NCBI GenBank assembly: GCA_963707945.1
Contig: CAVPRM010000002.1
Span: forward strand, 17,819-81,818
DNA length: 64,000 bases
From: an uncultured delta proteobacterium
GTDB taxonomy: Bacteria; Myxococcota_A; UBA9160; SZUA-336
Direction: 5' to 3'
Below the pieces are notes generated by a model, which made no database searches, was not told the origin of the DNA, and saw nothing but the letters and a program-made list of their open reading frames with translations. The position numbers and the translations under genes were made by a program. This document shows positions 11,726 to 21,431 of the stretch, one piece after another (the first letter of the stretch is position 1; the number at the start of each line of letters is the position of its first letter).

Positions 11726-11741
11726 TGCAAGAACCGCTCCA
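11726..11741 (-). promoter_or_regulatory. sigma54 -24/-12 promoter, sugar-biosynthesis operon
   Basis: TGGAGCGGTTCTTGCA, GG-N10-GC. Confidence 0.6.
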
Positions 11742-12015
11742 CGCGCCGATTGCCGCGCGCCGCACGGCCCGTGGATCGCCGTCCAAGTGTACCCAGTATG
11801 CGCGAACGCAGGTCTGCTGCAACTGACCGGCAGGGCAGACGCAAACAGCCGGGAACTGCGAGCAGCCGCTCGCGGGGCCCGAGTTCCTGGGGGAGGGAGG
11901 CTCGCCCCGCAAAAGTGCACTCAGACCGGTCAGAATACGCCCTACACTCCACCTCCTCGACCAAGGCAATCCGCTTCGCGACCCAGCACGTGAACCGAGG
12001 GAGCGCAGTGATCGC

Positions 12016-12031
12016 CGGCACACGCGTTGCT
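12016..12031 (+). promoter_or_regulatory. sigma54 -24/-12 promoter, wzc operon
   Basis: CGGCACACGCGTTGCT. Confidence 0.7.
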
Positions 12032-12077
12032 AGTATCGGGCGGCTCGGGACCTCGCAGCCGTAGGGGTTAGTGATTC

Positions 12078-14275
12078 ATGCAGGGTGAAGGTCCGTACGA
12101 CCACGAGGGTGGCGCCTCCGAGGAGCAGGAGGGCTTCGATCTCCGCTCCGCGCTGGCGATCCTGCGGCGCAGGCGAGCCGTCATCCTGCTCGTGGCCCTG
12201 CCGCTGCTGATTCCCGCCTCGCTCCTCCCGTTCGTGCTGCCGAAGTCCTACGAGGCGACCGCAACGGTCGAGTTCGAGAAGCGCGCACCGGTTCTGGAAA
12301 TCGGTCCCGACGTGATGGCGGACGGAGTCAGCGACCGCTCCGGCGCGGCCCTCGAGGCCTCCGTGGTCACGCTGGTCAACTCGGAGGCCGTGCTCGGGCG
12401 CGTGCTCGATGCCATGCCCCCCGGGAGCGAGGGGAGCCTGACGCTGAAGAGCCTTGCGAAGCAGCTGTTGGGTGAGGCGACTCCGACCCCGGCTCAGAAG
12501 CGCCAGGTGCAGCTCGTATGTGATGCGCAGCGCGCTGCGCGTGCAGCTCGAGGGCGCGGGCGACTACGCGCTCATCACCGCGAAGGCGCCCAAGCCCGGG
12601 CAGGCGGCCGCGCTCGCGAACGCGGTGGCCGATTCGTACGTGCGGCAGATGTCGGAGAAGCGCGAGGCCGCCGCGCGCCGGGCCGTCACCTGGCTCGACC
12701 AGCAGATCTACGAGCTGCGCAGTCAGACGTCGGAGAAGGAGCAGGCCGCGAGCGACCTGATCTCCCAGGGGCTGAACCCCCGGATGTTCGACACCAGCGC
12801 CAACGGGAAGGGGAACTCCGCGCTCGCCCAGCTCGAGGACCAGATCCGCGACACGCGGGTCGACCTCGTCGCCGCCACGCAACGGCTCGCCGAGATCTCT
12901 CCCGCGGGGACGGACCAGAACGGGGACTCGGAGGAAGTCGCCGCGCGCGCCCGCCTGCAGAAGCAGCTCGAGGAGGAAGCGGCGAACCTCGAGGCCGCGC
13001 GTCTGAAGTACACCCCGACGCACCCCGAGGTGCGTCGGCTCGAGGAGACGGTCGCGAGCCTGGCCGCGCGCGTCGGCCCGCCGGACGCCGGGCGGGGCAA
13101 CGTCGACCTGACGGCGGACATGGCCGAGTACCAGAGCCTGAGGCGCGAGAAGAGCAAGCTGCAGGCGAAGCTCGCGGTGCTCGAGAAGAGCCGCGACGAC
13201 CAGATCCCACAAGGCCAGAAGTCGGACGCCTACGGGCGCTATCGCCGGCTCCAGAGCGAGCTCGCCGTCGACCGCGAGATGCTCGGGCTGCTCCTGTCGC
13301 GCCGCAACGAGACGATGGTCGCCTCGGCCAAGCAGGACACCGGCGCGCGCGTTCTGGATGCGGCGGTCGCGCCTCTCGATCCGGCGGGCCTGGGGCGAAC
13401 AAAGGTGCTGGGGCTGGCCTGGCTCGCGGCGATCGCGGCCGGATTCGGCGTCGCGGCGGCTGTTGGAGCTCTTGGATCGGCGGCTCCGCGATCCGGACCA
13501 CATCTCGCGCGTGCTGGGTATGCCTGCCCTGTGCGCACTGCCGGTTCTGCCCGTGGACGAGGCCGTCCCCGAGCGGCAGGGCGGCTTGCCCCCGGGCTCG
13601 ATCGGCTCCGAGCGCTACCGCTCGCTGCGCACGGCTCTGGTCTTCGCCATGCGCATCCGCAAGGTGCACACGCTGCTCGTCACCAGCGCCGTCCCGGGGG
13701 AAGGCAAGACGACCACCTGCGCGAACCTGGCGGCGACGTTCGCCAGAATGGGGAAGAAGGTCGTGCTGATCGACGCCGACATGCGGCGGCCGCGCCTGCA
13801 TCGGGTCTTCGGCGTCGCGCGCACGCCCGGCCTTGCCGAGGTCCTGGCCAACAAGGCCCGACTCTCGGAGGCGCTGCTGCGGCCGAAGGGCGAGGAGTTC
13901 GATCTCCTGCCGGCGGGCGCGCTGCCCGACAATCCGACCGACCTCCTGGCGTCGGGTGCATGGACGGATCTGATCGGCGAGCTCAAGCTGGACTACGAGT
14001 TCGTCGTCATCGACTCCCCGGTCGTCCTCGCGGTCCCCGACTCCCTGCTGCTGGCTGCGGATGCAGACGGCCTTCTGCTCGTGCACAAGCCCGGGAGCCT
14101 CGAGCGGCGCGGACTGGTCCAGCTGCGCGACGATCTCCGCAGGGCCGGCGCGCGCTCTCTCGGCGTAGTCTTCAATCAGGTCGATCGAGCTGATCGCGAT
14201 CTCTATCCGGTCTATCTCGAGTCACCGTATCTGCGGACGAGCGACGGCAAGCGCCAGCGCCGGAAAGCCGTCTGA
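12078..14275 (+). CDS. wzc: Wzc/GumC-type polysaccharide co-polymerase with BY-kinase (frameshifts near 12520 and 13460)
   Basis: Wzz-like N-terminus, coiled coil with YTPTHPEV, Walker A PGEGKTT, DADMRRP, IDSP, C-terminal tyrosines. Confidence 0.85.
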
Positions 14276-14291
14276 GGACGCGAGACGCAGG

Positions 14292-15323
14292 ATGGCGAGG
14301 TGGGGCGATCCGGGAAGGCGTGGGCAGGAGACGCGAATCCTGCTGCTCGGAACGGGCAATCGCGCCCAGCGCATCGCGGCGCAGATCGAGAGCCCGCAGC
14401 GGCGCCCGCTGCGGGTGATCGGCTTTCTCGACGACGACCCGTCGGAGGACGACCGGCGCAAGCTGGGTCAGCGCTACCTCGGACGGCTGGATCACCTGGG
14501 CGACGTCGCGGCGCGGGAGTGCGTGGATCGCGTGATCTTCGGGCTCCCGCGCAGCTATCTGGCCCAGGATGTGATTGCCAACGCGATCGGCCTCTGCGAG
14601 TCGCTCGGCGTCGACTTCTCGATTCCGGTCGACCTGTTCGACACGCGCGTGGCTCGCATCGCGCAAGATGAGCTGGGCGGCTTGCGGGCAATCTCGTTCT
14701 CGGTGCAGGGCGGACGGCCGGCGTGGCAGTTCGCGCTGAAGCGGACGATCGACGTCGTGGGCGCGCTCGCAGCGCTCGTCATCAGTCTGCCGGTGTGGCT
14801 GTTCGTGTCTCTGGCCATCAAGCTCGATTCGCAGGGCCCGGTCTTCTTCGTCCAGTCGCGCTGCGGCCAGTACGGCAAGATCTTCCCCTTCCTGAAGTTT
14901 CGCACCATGACGACGGACGCCGAGAGACGGAAGGCGGAGCTGCGGGCGCTCAACGAGAAATCGGGGCCGGTGTTCAAGATCGAGCGCGATCCGCGCGTGA
15001 CGCGGGTCGGCCGAGTCCTGCGCAAGTACTCGATCGACGAGCTTCCGCAGCTCGTGAACGTGCTCGTCGGGCACATGAGCCTCGTCGGACCGCGCCCGCC
15101 CGTCCCCGGCGAGGTCGATCAGTACGAGATCGACCACCGCGGGCGGCTCGGCATGCGCCCGGGGATCACCTGTCTTTGGCAGGTCTCGGGCCGCAACGAG
15201 ATCGAGTTCGAGGACTGGGTGAAGCTCGACATCGAGTACGTCGAGCGTTGGTCGCTCCTGCTCGATCTGCAGATCCTGCTCGCGACGTTCCCGGCGGTGA
15301 TCTCCGGGCGCGGCGCCAGCTGA
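14292..15323 (+). CDS. Priming undecaprenyl-phosphate sugar phosphotransferase (WcaJ-like)
   Basis: GFLDD Rossmann-like part; KFRTM, DELPQLVNVL, MSLVGPRP, PGITCLWQV. Confidence 0.92.
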   Translation: MARWGDPGRRGQETRILLLGTGNRAQRIAAQIESPQRRPLRVIGFLDDDPSEDDRRKLGQRYLGRLDHLGDVAARECVDRVIFGLPRSYLAQDVIANAIGLCESLGVDFSIPVDLFDTRVARIAQDELGGLRAISFSVQGGRPAWQFALKRTIDVVGALAALVISLPVWLFVSLAIKLDSQGPVFFVQSRCGQYGKIFPFLKFRTMTTDAERRKAELRALNEKSGPVFKIERDPRVTRVGRVLRKYSIDELPQLVNVLVGHMSLVGPRPPVPGEVDQYEIDHRGRLGMRPGITCLWQVSGRNEIEFEDWVKLDIEYVERWSLLLDLQILLATFPAVISGRGAS

Positions 15324-15333
15324 TAGCACAGGA

Positions 15334-16044
15334 GTGTGTATGACCAGGGGTGAGGGGATGCGCGTGGTGTTCGTGCTCGCGTTGGCGGCGACCTGCATGG
15401 CCTGCCAGACGACCTCGGGCGGGAATCCGGGCCAGCCGTCGCTGCAGGCCGAGTACCGGATCGCGCCGCCGGATACCCTGACCGTGACGGTGCGACCCGA
15501 GCCGGAGATCGCGCGCGAGATCGTCGTGCGGCCCGACGGGCGCATCTCGTTCGACTTGATCGGCGACGTCGAGGTGCGCGGCCGTACGATCGGCGAGGTG
15601 CGCACCGAGATGACCCGGCGGCTGAAGGAGTTCATCGTGCAGCCGGACGTCACGGTGGAGCTCAAGAAGTCCGAGAGCCGCATCTTCTACGTCTTCGGGG
15701 AAGTGAGGCGGCCCGGCGCCTACCCGCTGATCGGCGACGTCACCGCGGTCTACGCGCTCGGCATGGCGGGCGGCAGTACGATCCTCTCCTCCGAGAACAG
15801 CTCGACCCTGGTGCGTCCATCCCCCGAGGGGAGGCTCACGTACCCGATCTACTTCGAGTCGATCACCCGCAAGGGCGAGGGCGGGACCAACTACATGCTG
15901 CAGCCGGGCGACGTGGTCTACGTGCCGCCCTCGATCTCGGGCTCCATCGGTTACGCGATCCTGAACTTCTTCTTCCCGGTGCAAGCCATTTTGGGCCTGG
16001 GCGGATCGCAGGGGATCACCGTCATGACCGGCGGCGCACTCTAG
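15334..16044 (+). CDS. wza: Polysaccharide export lipoprotein
   Basis: Signal peptide with Cys; YRIAPPD, VRPDGRIS, VFGEVRRPGAY, LQPGDVVYVP; start may be 15340 or 15358. Confidence 0.88.
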   Translation: MCMTRGEGMRVVFVLALAATCMACQTTSGGNPGQPSLQAEYRIAPPDTLTVTVRPEPEIAREIVVRPDGRISFDLIGDVEVRGRTIGEVRTEMTRRLKEFIVQPDVTVELKKSESRIFYVFGEVRRPGAYPLIGDVTAVYALGMAGGSTILSSENSSTLVRPSPEGRLTYPIYFESITRKGEGGTNYMLQPGDVVYVPPSISGSIGYAILNFFFPVQAILGLGGSQGITVMTGGAL

Positions 16045-16054
16045 GGTACCCGAC

Positions 16055-17653
16055 TCAGAGCGGGGGCAGAGGCGCCTTCAAGAGCGTGTCGCGCGGCTCG
16101 GTGTTCGTCTCCGGGAAGTCGACCGTGTAGTGCAGGCCGCGGCTCTCGTGCCGCTCCGACGCGGAGCGCACGATCAGCTCGGCGACGGTCACGAGGTTGC
16201 GCAGCTCGACCAGGTCCGGCGTGACGACCACGTTCCAGTAGTACTCGCGGATCTCGCGGGCGAGGTTGACGATGCGCCGGCGCGCGCGGTCCAGCCGCTT
16301 GTCGCTGCGCACGATCCCGACGTAGTTCCACATGAGCCGCCGGATCTCGTCCCAGTTCGCGTTGACGAGCACGGTCTCGGTCGGGTCGACGGCGCGGCCG
16401 GGATCCCACTCGGGGAAGGACGGCGGCTCGGCGATCCCGGCCGCCAGCCGCGCGGTGCACTCCGCGGCTGCGGCGCGCGCGAACACCACGCCCTCGAGCA
16501 GCGAGTTCGAGGCCAGCCGGTTCGCGCCGTGCAGGCCGGTGCAGGCGACCTCGCCGGCGGCGAACAGGTTCGGGATGTCGCTCTCGCCGCGCAGGTCGGT
16601 GCGCACGCCGCCACAGCAGTAGTGCGCGGCCGGGACGACCGGCAGCGGCTGCTTGGTCAGGTCGAAGCCGTAGCGCAGGCAGCGCTCGTAGATGTTCGGG
16701 AAGCGCGCGCGCGCGAACACCGGATCGAGCGCGGTGCAGTCCAGGTACACGCAGTCGTCGCCCGAGCGCTTCAGCTCGAAGTCGATCGAGCGGGCGACCA
16801 CGTCGCGCGGCGCCAGGTCGGCGCGCGGATCGTAGCGGCGCATGAACGCCTCGCCGCTCCGGTTGCGCAGCACCGCGCCCTCGCCGCGCACCGCTTCGCT
16901 GATCAGGAACGAGCGCGCGTCGGGATGGTAGAGGCAGGTCGGGTGGAACTGGATGAACTCCATGTTCGCGATCGTGGCGCCCGCGCGGAACGCCATCGCG
17001 ACGCCGTCGCCCGAGGCGATGTCCGGGTTGCTCGTGTACAGGTACGTCTTGCCGCAGCCGCCCGTGGCGAGCAGCACGATGCGCGCGCGGACGCTCTCGA
17101 CCGCGCCCGTCTCGGGATCGAGCACGTAGGCGCCGCACACGCGTGACGGGCCGGGCAGGCCGAGCTTCGCCGTGGTGACCAGGTCGACGCTGATCCGATT
17201 CGAGAGCAGGGCGATGCGCGGGTTCGCCTCGCAGCGCTCGACCAGGACGCGCTCGATCTCCTGGCCGGTGAAGTCGGCGGCGTGCAGGACGCGCCGCTGG
17301 GAGTGGCCGCCCTCGCGGCCGAGGTCGTAGCCGGGCGCCGATTCGCTCTTGTCGAAGCGCACGCCCAGGTCGATCAGGCTGTTGGCTGCGTCCGGGCCCT
17401 GCTCGACCACGAAGCGCACGGCCGCCTCGTCGCACAGCCCGGCGCCAGCGACCAGGGTGTCGCGGATGTGGTCCTCGAACGAGTCCTCGGGCCCGAGCAC
17501 CGCGGCGATGCCGCCCTGGGCGTAGTTCGTGGCCGACTCGGCGGTGCCCTTTTTCGTCACCACCACCACCGAGCCGTGCTCGGCAGCGCGCAGCGCGAAC
17601 GAGAGGCCCGCGATCCCGCTGCCGATCACCAGGAAGTCGCAGGCGCTCGCCAC
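16055..17653 (-). CDS. nadB: L-aspartate oxidase
   Basis: GSGIAG, YAQGGIA, EGGHS, QFHPT, LAPRDVVAR, GLHGANRLASNSLLE, ESRGLH. Confidence 0.97.
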   Translation of the reverse strand: MASACDFLVIGSGIAGLSFALRAAEHGSVVVVTKKGTAESATNYAQGGIAAVLGPEDSFEDHIRDTLVAGAGLCDEAAVRFVVEQGPDAANSLIDLGVRFDKSESAPGYDLGREGGHSQRRVLHAADFTGQEIERVLVERCEANPRIALLSNRISVDLVTTAKLGLPGPSRVCGAYVLDPETGAVESVRARIVLLATGGCGKTYLYTSNPDIASGDGVAMAFRAGATIANMEFIQFHPTCLYHPDARSFLISEAVRGEGAVLRNRSGEAFMRRYDPRADLAPRDVVARSIDFELKRSGDDCVYLDCTALDPVFARARFPNIYERCLRYGFDLTKQPLPVVPAAHYCCGGVRTDLRGESDIPNLFAAGEVACTGLHGANRLASNSLLEGVVFARAAAAECTARLAAGIAEPPSFPEWDPGRAVDPTETVLVNANWDEIRRLMWNYVGIVRSDKRLDRARRRIVNLAREIREYYWNVVVTPDLVELRNLVTVAELIVRSASERHESRGLHYTVDFPETNTEPRDTLLKAPLPPL

Positions 17654-17746
17654 GGCGCGAGTTTAGACCGGCATCTCAATTACGTCCTGCGTCTCGCCGA
17701 TGGACGTGTGGGGAAATGCGCGCCTCGGGGGCGCGGCAGGGGTGGA

Positions 17747-18358
17747 ATGGGCGTTTCCGGCGAGCGCACGCGCAGGGCGATCTGGCTTCTGGCCACGCTC
17801 GCGCTCTTTGCTCTCCCGTGCGCAGCGGATGCGCAGATCTTCGTCTATCGCGACGAATACGGCCGCACCTACTTCACCGACACGCCCCAGCACGAGGGCT
17901 ACGAGCGCTACAAGCCCAAGGGCACCGTCCGCCACCGGCCCGGCGTGACGCCGCAGCTGCACGCCAAGACCTTCGACATCGCGATCAAGCGCGCGTCGGT
18001 CCAGCACGGGGTGTCGGCGGCGCTGGTCAAGGCGATCATCGCGGCCGAGTCCGGCTTCGATCCGGAGGCGATGTCGGACAAGGGCGCGCGCGGCCTCATG
18101 CAGCTCATGCCGGACACCGCGCGCGAGCTCGGGGTGGACGACGCGCTGGACCCGTGGCAGAACATCGATGGGGGGACGCGGTATCTGTGCGCGATGATCG
18201 ATCGCTTCCCGGGCGAGATCGAGCTCGCGCTCGCGGCTTACAACGCCGGGCCGCAGAAGGTCGCGCAGTTCCAGGGCGTCCCACCGTACAAGGAGACCCG
18301 CAGCTACGTGAAGCGCGTCCTCTCCTACTACAAGAAATACCATGCAGATTTCCGCTGA
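17747..18358 (+). CDS. Secreted lytic transglycosylase (SLT) with small N-terminal domain
   Basis: AES catalytic motif, GARGLMQLMP, AAYNAGP, PPYKET; signal peptide. Confidence 0.9.
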   Translation: MGVSGERTRRAIWLLATLALFALPCAADAQIFVYRDEYGRTYFTDTPQHEGYERYKPKGTVRHRPGVTPQLHAKTFDIAIKRASVQHGVSAALVKAIIAAESGFDPEAMSDKGARGLMQLMPDTARELGVDDALDPWQNIDGGTRYLCAMIDRFPGEIELALAAYNAGPQKVAQFQGVPPYKETRSYVKRVLSYYKKYHADFR

Positions 18359-18383
18359 GAAAACTCCCACTCTAGGCGGCGTC

Positions 18384-18947
18384 ATGGCCGAGACGTTCTG
18401 GACGCTGCCGAACGCGATCACGGTCTCGCGCATCGCGCTGACGCCGTTCCTGTTCGCGCTGCCGTGGCTCGACGAGCAGTGGTGGAGCACGGTCATGGGC
18501 ATCGCGTTCCTGGCCGTCTCGCTGACCGACCTGGTCGACGGCTACCTGGCGCGGCTCAACAACCAGGAGAGCCGGATCGGGAAGCTCCTCGACCCGCTCG
18601 CGGACAAGCTGCTCGTGATGACCGCGTTCGTGATGCTGGTCGGCACGGCCCGAGTCCCGCACTGGGCGCTCCCGCTGGTGGTCGCGATCCTGGCGCGCGA
18701 GCTGGTGGTGACCGGCCTGCGCGGGATCGCCGGCTCCCAGGGCGTGGTGATCGCGGCGTCGAGCCTGGGCAAGTGGAAGACCGGCTTCCAGATCGCGGCG
18801 ATCACCGCGCTACTCATCCACTGGCCGTTCCTGGGCCTGCCCGCGCACGAGGTGGGCCTGGTCCTGCTCGTGATCGCCACCGCGCTGACGGTGCTCTCGG
18901 GGTACCAGTACCTGCGCGGGTACTTCGGCAGCGCCGGCGCCACTTGA
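18384..18947 (+). CDS. pgsA: CDP-diacylglycerol--glycerol-3-phosphate 3-phosphatidyltransferase
   Basis: LPNAITVSR, TDLVDGYLAR, GKLLDPLADK, GKWKT; followed by tRNA-Gly as in many bacteria. Confidence 0.93.
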   Translation: MAETFWTLPNAITVSRIALTPFLFALPWLDEQWWSTVMGIAFLAVSLTDLVDGYLARLNNQESRIGKLLDPLADKLLVMTAFVMLVGTARVPHWALPLVVAILARELVVTGLRGIAGSQGVVIAASSLGKWKTGFQIAAITALLIHWPFLGLPAHEVGLVLLVIATALTVLSGYQYLRGYFGSAGAT

Positions 18948-18985
18948 CGGCCCCGAGCAGGGGCCCCATAAAGTCGCCGGTTCGA

Positions 18986-19061
18986 GCACGAGTAGCTCAG
19001 TTGGTAGAGCTCCACGTTGCCAACGTGGAAGTCGCCGGTTCGAGTCCGGTCTCGTGCTCCA
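18986..19061 (+). tRNA. tRNA-Gly(GCC)
   Basis: Acceptor GCACGAG/CTCGTGC, D arm, anticodon arm CCACG-TTGCCAA-CGTGG, GGTTCGA T loop, discriminator U, encoded CCA. Confidence 0.96.
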
Positions 19062-19242
19062 ATCTTTCCGCAGGTCGCCTGCGGGCGTTGGGATCGAAGG
19101 CGGCGGCGAACGCGAGCCAGACGCGCCCGCGGCGCCGGTTGTGGACGTAGTAGAGCCAGCCGCGGCCCTCGAGCCAGAGCGCCAGGCGGTGCGACGCATA
19201 TGGCGCCGCGGCCGCCCCGAGTCCCCAGAGCGCGAGCTTCAC
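18997..19242 (-). CDS. Small hypothetical protein whose 3' end runs antisense into tRNA-Gly
   Basis: GTG overlaps stop of upstream protease (GTGA); hydrophobic N-terminus, HRLALWLEGRGWLYY. Confidence 0.45.
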   Translation of the reverse strand: MKLALWGLGAAAAPYASHRLALWLEGRGWLYYVHNRRRGRVWLAFAAAFDPNARRRPAERLEHETGLEPATSTLATWSSTN

Positions 19243-19889
19243 GGGACCGCCACGAGCTGGTCGAGCCAGCCCCGCAGCACGCCGAGCGGCCAGCCGATCA
19301 CGGAGACGCCGAACAGTGTCGGCGCCGCGACGAGCGCGATCAGGAACAGCGGGCCGAGCCGCGCGTAGACGTCCCAGGCGGGACGGAGCGCGTCGGGCAC
19401 GAGCGCCGCCGCGATCCGGCTGCCGTCGAGCGGGACGATTGGAAAGAGGTTGAAGAGCCCGAGCGCCGCGTTGACCAGCGCGACGACGTAGAGGAGCTGC
19501 ACGGACAGCGCGTGGCCCGCGACGGCGTCCGGCGAGAACCGCGCGATCGCGGCGAGCAGGCCGATCGCGCCCGCCGAGAGCACGAAGTTGGAGAACGGAC
19601 CGGCCGCGGCGGTGAATGCGATCCCCTTCGCCAGGCTCATCACGCTCGGGTCGAAGCGGCGCGGGTCGATCGGCACCGGCCGCGCCCAGCCGAACGGGAC
19701 GCCGAGCAGGGGCAGGAGCACGGTCCCGATCGGGTCGATGTGCGCGAGCGGATTCAGGGTCATCCGGCCCTGACGCGCGGCGGTGTCGTCGCCGAGCCGG
19801 AATGCGGCGCGGGCATGAGCCCACTCGTGAACCGACAGCGAGAGCCAGACCGGGACGAGCAGGAACACGCGGCCGAGCAGGTCCGACAT
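19239..19889 (-). CDS. Site-2 protease family (M50) membrane metalloprotease
   Basis: HEWAH, AAAGP, FNLFPIVPLDG. Confidence 0.93.
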   Translation of the reverse strand: MSDLLGRVFLLVPVWLSLSVHEWAHARAAFRLGDDTAARQGRMTLNPLAHIDPIGTVLLPLLGVPFGWARPVPIDPRRFDPSVMSLAKGIAFTAAAGPFSNFVLSAGAIGLLAAIARFSPDAVAGHALSVQLLYVVALVNAALGLFNLFPIVPLDGSRIAAALVPDALRPAWDVYARLGPLFLIALVAAPTLFGVSVIGWPLGVLRGWLDQLVAVP

Positions 19890-19968
19890 CGCCTGACTCT
19901 AGCCGCTGGAACTTTGTAGATCACGGCAGCCGCCCCGGGCAAGATCGGTCGGGTCCGCCGGCCTTCCG

Positions 19969-19984
19969 TGGCATGGCGCTTGCT
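19969..19984 (+). promoter_or_regulatory. sigma54 -24/-12 promoter
   Basis: TGGCATGGCGCTTGCT. Confidence 0.75.
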
Positions 19985-19996
19985 CCGCGTGCTCAC

Positions 19997-21130
19997 ATGT
20001 CTCGCGAGAACCGACGCGCGTCGAAGCGCGGCCCGGCCAAGGTGCGCTACGCCGTGGTCGGCCTCGGGCACATCGCCCAGGTCGCGGTGCTTCCCGCGTT
20101 CGCGCACGCGCGCCGGAACTCCGAGCTCGTGGCGCTCGTCTCCGACGATCCGAAGAAGCTCGAGAGGCTGTGTCGCCGGCGCGGGATCCCTCACTGCGCG
20201 CACTACAGCCAGTACGAGGACCTGCTCGAGACGGGCGAGGTCGACGCGGTCTACATCGCGCTCCCGAACCACCTGCACCGCGAGTACGCGATGCGCGCGG
20301 CAGTCGCCGGCGTGCACGTCCTGTGCGAGAAGCCGCTCGCCTGCAGCGTCGCGGAGTGCGAGCAGATCATCGACGCCGCGGAGGACGGCGGCGTCAAGCT
20401 GATGACCGCCTACCGCCTGCACTTCGACCCCGCCAACCTGCGCGCGCGGGAGCTCGTGCGCAGGGGCGCGATCGGCGAGGCGCGCTACTTCACATCGCAG
20501 TTCTCCATGCAGGTGGTCGAGGGCAACGTCCGGCTCGATCGCCAGGCCGGGGGCGGACCGCTCTTCGACATCGGCATCTACTGCATCAACGCCGCGCGCG
20601 CGATCTTCAGCGCGGAGCCGCTCGAGGTCAGCGCGCTGCGCGCGAACGGCTCCGATCCGCGCTTTCGCGAGGTCGACGAGATGGTCGCCGCGACGCTCCG
20701 CTTCCCGGGCGAGCGCCTGGCTGAGTTCGTGGTCAGCTTCGGCGCTTCCGACGTCTCGTCGTACCGCGTGGTCGGCACCAAGGGCGACCTCCTCGTCGAG
20801 CCCGCGTACGACTACGCCGCCGCGCTCGCGCACCGGCTCACGGTGAAGGGAAAGACGCGGATCCGCCGCTTCGAGCGCACGGACCAGTTTGCCGCCGAGC
20901 TCCTGCACTTCTCGGACTGCGTGCTGCGCGACCGCGAGCCCGAGCCGTCGGGGCTCGAGGGTCTGATCGATGTCGCGGTGATCGAGGCGCTTCAGGAGTC
21001 GGCGGACATCGGTGCGCCGGTATCGTTCGCGCGGCCGCGGCGCTCGCGCCGTCCCGGAATCGAGCTCGCGACCCGGCGCCCGCCGGTGCGCAAACCGCAA
21101 CCCGTACACGCCAAAGAGAGCTCGCGCTAG
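19997..21130 (+). CDS. Gfo/Idh/MocA (glucose-fructose oxidoreductase-like) oxidoreductase
   Basis: YAVVGLGHI, LPNHLH, VLCEKP, GGGPLFDIGIY. Confidence 0.9.
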   Translation: MSRENRRASKRGPAKVRYAVVGLGHIAQVAVLPAFAHARRNSELVALVSDDPKKLERLCRRRGIPHCAHYSQYEDLLETGEVDAVYIALPNHLHREYAMRAAVAGVHVLCEKPLACSVAECEQIIDAAEDGGVKLMTAYRLHFDPANLRARELVRRGAIGEARYFTSQFSMQVVEGNVRLDRQAGGGPLFDIGIYCINAARAIFSAEPLEVSALRANGSDPRFREVDEMVAATLRFPGERLAEFVVSFGASDVSSYRVVGTKGDLLVEPAYDYAAALAHRLTVKGKTRIRRFERTDQFAAELLHFSDCVLRDREPEPSGLEGLIDVAVIEALQESADIGAPVSFARPRRSRRPGIELATRRPPVRKPQPVHAKESSR

Positions 21131-21151
21131 CCGCGAGCAAGGAGGAGCGAG

Positions 21152-21424
21152 ATGAACTTCCAGGAGATCGTGGACCACCTGCCGCCCCAGAAGGACCTCG
21201 TGCGAATGGCGCGCTTCGTCGCCTCGCTGCGCAGGCCCGCCCGCTCGGAGCTGATGCTCTTCGGGATCGCGGGCCTCTTGATCGGGGCAGGCGTTGCGCT
21301 CTTGTTCGCGCCCTCGCGCGGAAGCGAGCTGCGCGGCGCGATCGGGGAGCGCCTCGAAGAGTACTGGCGCACGGCGAACGAGTCGGTCAAGGCGAACGGC
21401 CATGCAGCCGCCGACGAGCGCTAG
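21152..21424 (+). CDS. YtxH-domain small membrane protein
   Basis: GAGVALLFAPSRGSELR; GGAGG RBS. Confidence 0.75.
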   Translation: MNFQEIVDHLPPQKDLVRMARFVASLRRPARSELMLFGIAGLLIGAGVALLFAPSRGSELRGAIGERLEEYWRTANESVKANGHAAADER

Positions 21425-21431
21425 GGGCACC

